DNA of 63,962 nt, the filler included, from Parasitella parasitica NRRL 2501 (Eukaryota; Fungi; Mucoromycota): NCBI GenBank assembly GCA_025201805.1. It is 8 parts of 8 records of this genome, joined end to end, with 100 filler letters (N's around TTAATTAATTAA, not from the genome) between each part and the next. Parts side by side here need not be neighbours in the genome. Positions count along the whole stretch, not along the records: positions 62,065 to 63,962 come from MU619592.1; 7 more parts are not named here. The stretch is one strand, 5' to 3'. Positions 61,965-63,962 of this stretch are shown here, one piece after another. The notes under the pieces were generated by a model that saw nothing but the letters and a program-made list of their open reading frames with translations, did not search any database and was not told where the DNA came from. Numbering within the stretch: position 1 is the stretch's first letter; each line of letters begins with the position of its first letter. The translations under genes were made by a program, and so were the position numbers.

Positions 61965-62618
61965 NNNNNNNNNNNNNNNNNNNNNNNNNNNNNNNNNNNN
62001 NNNNNNNNTTAATTAATTAANNNNNNNNNNNNNNNNNNNNNNNNNNNNNNNNNNNNNNNNNNNNTAATTGTATTTGTCTACGCTTTTTTTTGAATTTTTA
62101 TAATAAAGGGTTTAGGGTTTAGGGGTATACACTATAACAGTTTAGGGTTTTGACTTAAATTTTAGGGATCGGCATCAATATTAAAGATAATTTGGTGTTT
62201 GATACCGCATTTTAAAGCTAAAAACAAAGGTGCACATTTTTTGTTAATTTAAAATCCAGAACAGATCAATTTTCGATGGCCGAGAGTAGATAATACGTCA
62301 AATTGGACATAAAGGGTTAGGGGTTTGGAGCAAAACAAAACAAAGACCAGATCTGTTTTGCTAATCACATTTTTAATCAAAAATAAAGCTTTATGTATTG
62401 ATTTAAAGTTCTGCTCAACCAATTATGGGTGCCCTAGAGTCCGGAATATGCCAACTCTGACAAAAAAGGCACAGGGTTTTGGAGCAATACGAAAAGGAAA
62501 CAAGATTTGTCAATATAGTCAAATTTTTCATTCAATATCAATAGCTGTTTATTAACTTTATATTTCGCTCCGATCTATATCAAGAACTACAGGAACACTA
62601 AAAGAGGATCTAAATTAT

Positions 62619-62704
62619 ATGGAGTGTAACTTTTATGGAGTGTAACTTTTATGGAGTGTAACTTTTAGCTCTACTGTGTGGAGTGTAGCTTTGGAGGGTG
62701 TAAT
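62619..62704. repeat. Tandem 16-mer ATGGAGTGTAACTTTT x3 plus two degenerate copies
   Basis: Read directly from the sequence. Confidence 0.9.
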
Positions 62705-63383
62705 ATCACATCCAGCGTCAGGGTTGATAATTTCAATTTTATCGTATCGGAGTGTTTGATAGCGCATTCGAACACTGACAAAATTTGAAAAATTGTTTGT
62801 GTGGACGCGAATTTGAAATATTGAATATCCGATTTTTTTGTGGTATTTTCTCTGCTTTTTTTAACCCTCTGGGCTCAATTTGCTTGTCTCGGAGTTTAAA
62901 ACATTGAAATAAAGAACATTAACTATGCTTCAACTGCTGCATTTTAAAATTTGATAATAGCTTCATTTTTGAATGAGATACAGTTGTTTTTAACATCTGA
63001 AAAGTGGTATTTTTGTAATTTTTCACTTATGGCGCCATGGCTGATGATTTGACTGATAATTTGAATTTTTAAAGTTTTTGGCAAGTAAATATGCAAAATC
63101 CTGAAACTGCTGGATTGTAAACTTACATTCCAAGTTTATTTTTAAGTGAGATATGGTTGTTTTAGCATATTTTAAAAAATGGTTTTTGAGCCTAAGCTTT
63201 TCAATTTCAGGAATTAACCAGTTATCGTATACAAGTGCCTAACTGAGTTACTCTAAAATTAGATAACGTCTTAGTGGTAGTCTCTTTGTGGTATATTGGT
63301 GTCGTTTTAATAAAATAAAAATATGTTTATTTGTACTTATATCTTCGAAAATGTAAAATTACCACATGCAAATAGAAATTTTG

Positions 63384-63866
63384 TTATTTCTGGCAAATCC
63401 AGCATTTGGTCTTCTCGACAGCCGGGAAATATTTGTATGTTTTGTTAATATAATCTATAACTGCGTCACGGAAAGGATCAAAATCCTGATCTGGATTGGC
63501 AAGTACCATACAGACGTAAAACCTTCGGACTAAATGTCTGGACCAGCCAGAAGAAGAACAGAGTTGACTAAAATTAGTACGTATAAAATCTGCATTGGGT
63601 AGTATGTACGTAATTAAAGCCTTTTTTGTTGCTGCCCAGGAATCGTTTAAGCGAAAGGAGATTGCGTTTCGTTTGCAGAATTTTTTTAGCAAGAAATCTT
63701 GCAGGAAGAGTTTGTGTCCCAAGTTTTTCAGATGTTGCTCTAATGGAACTTCTTGGTCGAATGGCAAGCCTTGTAACGTTGATATATCGTTGATATATTT
63801 GGGCCAAGCATTGAAATGTTGAATATGCTCCAAGAAGAACAATTCAACAAATAATCTTGTTGGCAA
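63384..63866 (-). CDS. Hypothetical protein, possibly the 3' part of a longer or frameshifted gene
   Basis: 160-codon open frame ending CWICQK; no family recognised. Confidence 0.35.
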   Translation of the reverse strand: MPTRLFVELFFLEHIQHFNAWPKYINDISTLQGLPFDQEVPLEQHLKNLGHKLFLQDFLLKKFCKRNAISFRLNDSWAATKKALITYILPNADFIRTNFSQLCSSSGWSRHLVRRFYVCMVLANPDQDFDPFRDAVIDYINKTYKYFPAVEKTKCWICQK

Positions 63867-63962
63867 ATGTAGTGTCTCTTTTGTCCTGCCCGGTTAGAGC
63901 TTCGGCTTATGACAGGGAAGGTCAATAGTTCGAATCCCTGTATGAGCAAAAGTTTTAACAAA

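Noticed and set aside
25578-62064. Recurrent TTAATTAATTAA palindrome flanked by 44 N each side (25578, 37432, 41606, 53198, 56177, 57726, 61965)
   Set aside because: Identical 100-bp artificial scaffolding linker with stops in all six frames; not biological. It also makes adjacency across these points unreliable.
62619-62704. Possible CRISPR-like array
   Set aside because: Repeats are 16 bp and directly adjacent, with no unique spacers and no cas genes.

Overview
AT-rich eukaryotic DNA with short GT-AG introns. Gene and TE content point to a Mucorales fungus (Mucoromycota); this is an inference. Two gene-dense blocks carry housekeeping genes. The block at ~4-34 kb has a DUF202 protein, frequenin/NCS-1, Ras2, Npr3, fimbrin, a MARVEL-like protein, an SSSCA1-like protein, Oma1-like M48, LTA4H, an SCCPDH-like protein, PAP2 and a DIPP-type Nudix. 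The block at ~44-49 kb has Pct1, Sdh4 and Dad1. They alternate with nests of transposon debris: Tc1/IS630-like, DIRS, Helitron, PIF/Harbinger, chromoviral Gypsy, LINE and five LTR families. Highlights: (1) three sequence-divergent Fanzor1 (eukaryotic TnpB-like RNA-guided nuclease) loci. One has an intact RuvC-II/Zn-finger/RuvC-III end inside a Tc1-like terminus; two are fossils the ORF track misses or captures only in part, and one of these keeps a compact ~70-nt omegaRNA-like fold. (2) An intronless class I hyaluronan synthase-like gene with vertebrate/chlorovirus-type motifs. (3) A 2-nt micro-exon needed to keep Ras in frame. (4) A DIRS element hit by four different LTRs, with exact TSDs where both ends are visible. 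Caveat: seven 100-bp linkers (44 N + TTAATTAATTAA + 44 N) are artificial contig joins, so adjacency across them is unproven. All homology calls are by motif recognition, not database search.
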